Positions 60,985-64,000 of a stretch of 64,000 nt of DNA are shown in pieces (the stretch's first letter is position 1; each line of letters begins with the position of its first letter). Both the position numbers and the translations under genes were made by a program. Under the pieces are notes generated by a model that was given only the letters and a program-made list of their open reading frames with translations, was not told the origin of the DNA and did not search any database. Source of the stretch: Squalus acanthias (lineage: Eukaryota); contig CM059432.1 in NCBI GenBank assembly GCA_030390025.1, positions 82,586,001-82,650,000 on the forward strand. Reading direction: 5' to 3'.

Positions 60985-61990
60985 GATGTGTAATGTAACA
61001 TCTCCTCTGGACCCATCTTTTGTTCCTTTATTTGTCTCATTATCACCTCCTTTTGCCTTGCACCATCATCCCTTTTGTCATTTAATCACTCCTGCCCCCC
61101 ACCCTATCACCTTTTCTTCCTTTCCTGCCTCCTTTTCCTTGACTCTGTACTTGCTTAAAAGCTGTTCATCTCTAACATCATTGATTTTTGATTAACCGTC
61201 ATCAACCTGAAACATTGGGCTGGATATTTACTGGGGCGGGTTGCGTAGGCAGGGTGCGGAGTTTCGGGAGGGAAACCCGAAGGCTGGGTATCCCCGCACG
61301 CTGTGGAGATTTAACTCCACAACGTGTGACTCCTGCCCTGATAGGTTCTTCACTGGAAGTCAGCCTGATTGACAGGCTTGGCTTCCAGTCGGGCGGGGAG
61401 CATGCCAGAGGAGACCACAGGACCAGTTAGGTCTGATCCCTGACCCGGGGGCCTCCTATCCCTAAAGAGGGTCCGATCCCCTTCCAGACCCTGGAGGGGG
61501 GAGATGTCCAATCCCCGACCTAAGGTGGGGGGGGAGGGGTTATATGGAGTGGGGTCTGATAGTGGGGGAGCTTGGGGAGGCCAGGAGGAAGCACTTCAGC
61601 TCCTCCTGGCCCACAAGGAGTGCTTACCAAGGCTGTCCTCGTCTCGCTGCAACTGCCGGTTACCCATCAACCTGGCTCGCCCAAGTAAAACCTGCAAAGC
61701 AGGTTAAATCCGAGGCCTCCAGCCTCAATAATATTTAAAATGCCAACCTGCCTCCTGGGAGCGGGTTGGCTGCCCGCCCCTTGTCCTGCCTCAGTAAAAC
61801 CCAGAAGTCGGCGGTTTGGAGCTTGGAGTTTTTGCCCATTTAACCCCCACCCGCACCCACTCTCACCCATGTTAAAATTCTCCCCATTAACTCTGTTTCT
61901 CTCTTCATAGATGCTGCTTGACCTGTTAAGTGTCTCTAGCATTTTCTGTTTTTATTTCAGATTTCCAGCATCTGCAGTATTTTAGTTTCA
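60985..61990 (+). mobile_element. Penelope-like fragment (49381 family) split by a MITE
   Basis: CCTGAAAC-ATT | AACTCTGTTTCTCT rejoins across 61217-61885. Confidence 0.6.
61217..61885. mobile_element. Harbinger-type MITE
   Basis: Ends GGGCTGGATATT / AAAATTCTCCCC; ATT TSD (61214-61216, 61886-61888). Confidence 0.8.
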
Positions 61991-62002
61991 TCCTACGGTG
62001 TC

Positions 62003-62433
62003 CGCCGTGGCTCAGTTGGTAGCACACTTGCATCTGAGTCAGAAAGTTGTGGGTTCAACTCCCGCTTCAGAGACTGCACAAAATCTAGGCTGACACTCCA
62101 GTGCAACACTGAGGGAGTGCTGCACGGGAGTAAGTTCCATCTTTCAGATGAGACGTTAAACCGAGGCCCCTTCTACCCTCTCAGGTGGACGTAAAAGATC
62201 CATGGCACTATTCGAAGAAGAGCAGGGGAGTTCTTCCCAGTGCCTCCCCACCAACATCACTAAAAACAGATTACCTGGTCATTATCACACTGCTGTTTGT
62301 GGGACCTTGCTGTGCTCAAATTCCTATATTACAACAGTGACTGCATTTCAAAAGTACTTCATTGCCTGTAAAGTGCTTTGGGATGTCCTGAGGTCCTGAA
62401 AGGTACTATATAAATGCAAGATTTTCTTTCTTT
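62003..62433 (+). mobile_element. DeuSINE-like SINE, near full length
   Basis: GCCGTGGCTCAGTTGG A box, GGTTCAACTCC B box, core and tail as in the 49137 family. Confidence 0.8.
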
Positions 62434-62609
62434 AAAGTAACCAATATTGGATTTACTAAAGGCCAGTTGCTGAGAAGACCCAGTAAAAAAATATATCTTT
62501 CCGCCTGCCAGCCTTAGCAAATCCAACAAATTTACTTTGAGGTTGCTATTGAAGCATCAGGAACTAGCACTAGACTCACACAATATGTAAAAGCAGCTTT
62601 AGATTTATC

Positions 62610-62950
62610 ATCTGTAGGTGTGAGGGGGAGTCTAGGACTCGGGGGCATAGACTAAAAATTAGAGCAAGATCTTTCAGGGGTGAAATTAGGAAACACTGCT
62701 ACACACAAAGGGTGGTAGAAGTTTGGAACTCTCTTCCACAAATGGCAATTGATGCTAGATCAATTCTTAATTTTAAATCGGAGAATGATAGCATTTTGTT
62801 AACAAAAGGTATTAAGGGATATGGTGTAAAGGTGGGTATATGGAGTTAGGTTGCAGATCAGCCATGATCTCATCGAGTGGCGGAAATGCCTCGAGGGGCT
62901 AAATGGCCTCTTCCTGTTCCTACGTTCCACCATGTAACCATGTAACCATG
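62610..62950 (+). mobile_element. CR1 3' fragment
   Basis: GESRTRGH..TQRVVEVWNSLP; 3' UTR as at 21745-21836; (CCATGTAA)n tail. Confidence 0.8.
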
Positions 62951-64000
62951 AAACGTAATTGCTGAAAAGTGTCGCCCCACATTTAGTTTGTGCAACGTGA
63001 GCCATTTGATTCAACAAGAGATTTATAAATCCACATTTTCATGGCGCTCACACTGATTCTTTTTTGGTCAGATTGTTTACACGTAGAATTGCAACTGAGA
63101 GAGGGTGAACATGTGTCTGCTATCAGTTGCATTTGTCTAATGCTGCTTTTACACTGCCCTTAGAGGGGTGCCAGCACTTTCAGCTCTCAAAATACAGGCC
63201 TCGAGCAGCTGCTCACAACCCCAAAGTAAATTTACCAGATTTGTTAAATCCAGCTGCTGGGTCAAGCCTGATTTTATATTAAACCAGGTTTCCCCAGTGG
63301 CTGGATTTAACAATTCTGACAAGTTTACATTGGGGGTCAGTGCTGACTGTGGGAGAACTGGGTGTCGAGAGCCACCCCTCTAAGGCCAGTATAAAAGCAG
63401 TTTAGAAAGATCTGCGACCAATGAAAAAGAAAATTATCTTGCACAGCACTTGGGAATTTTCTGTAGTAAGCTTCTGAAACATTTCATCACAAAAGAAAAA
63501 CCCTGCTCATAGTATTGTTAAAGATTGCCCTCCAGCTAAAGTCGTTAAGACTTTGCTAATACTCTAAAGGCCCATTCAGAACTGCTGAAGACCACAACTT
63601 TGGTATATGTGCTGTTTGTTTACACATGGCATTGTATTGTATTTGCACCAAGATCACCGCCATTACTATGAAAGAGCTGAATAGCATCTGGTAACAGCTA
63701 GGAGTGACCAATATGCTGACAAAATTTAATTCATTTTGTCTATAATCATGATTGGGGGAAAGCCATGGCAGATTAATTACCAATTAGTTATCAGTTGCAC
63801 AGATCAGTAACGAACTAATCAGTCAACTTCACTTTTCAATTCAGTTATATTTAATGTTACAAAAGTCAAAACGTATTTCAAACAGTCATGCTAACTTTCA
63901 ACATTCCCTTAAAAGGGGCACACTGTCAGATCCATTATTCCTCTCTAAACCACAATACAAAATATTCCATCTAAGCATGTATCCAGAGAATGTCTGTGAC

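Overview
Repeat-dominated vertebrate DNA, probably from a cartilaginous fish (inferred from SacSINE1/DeuSINE-like SINEs and the CR1/L2 content). I recognise no host protein-coding exon. The centre is a 24.3-kb nested composite at 15878-40146. It is a decayed autonomous PIF/Harbinger DNA transposon (13-bp imperfect TIRs, TTA target duplication) with convergent transposase and three-exon Myb/SANT genes. A full-length CR1 LINE sits upstream of the transposase and itself carries a same-TIR MITE. Two head-to-tail Tx1-clade LINEs sit at the same nucleotide upstream of the Myb gene. The Tx1 copies are bracketed by three copies of a ~130-bp Harbinger block with promoter-like motifs, which suggests a transposon-targeting retrotransposon that duplicates its host's promoter. 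The flanks hold hAT and Harbinger MITEs with clear TSDs, L2 and CR1 fragments, DeuSINE-like SINEs, two minisatellites, and Penelope-like fold-back fragments with minimal hammerhead ribozyme cores. All readings are by eye, and boundaries not marked by a TSD are approximate.
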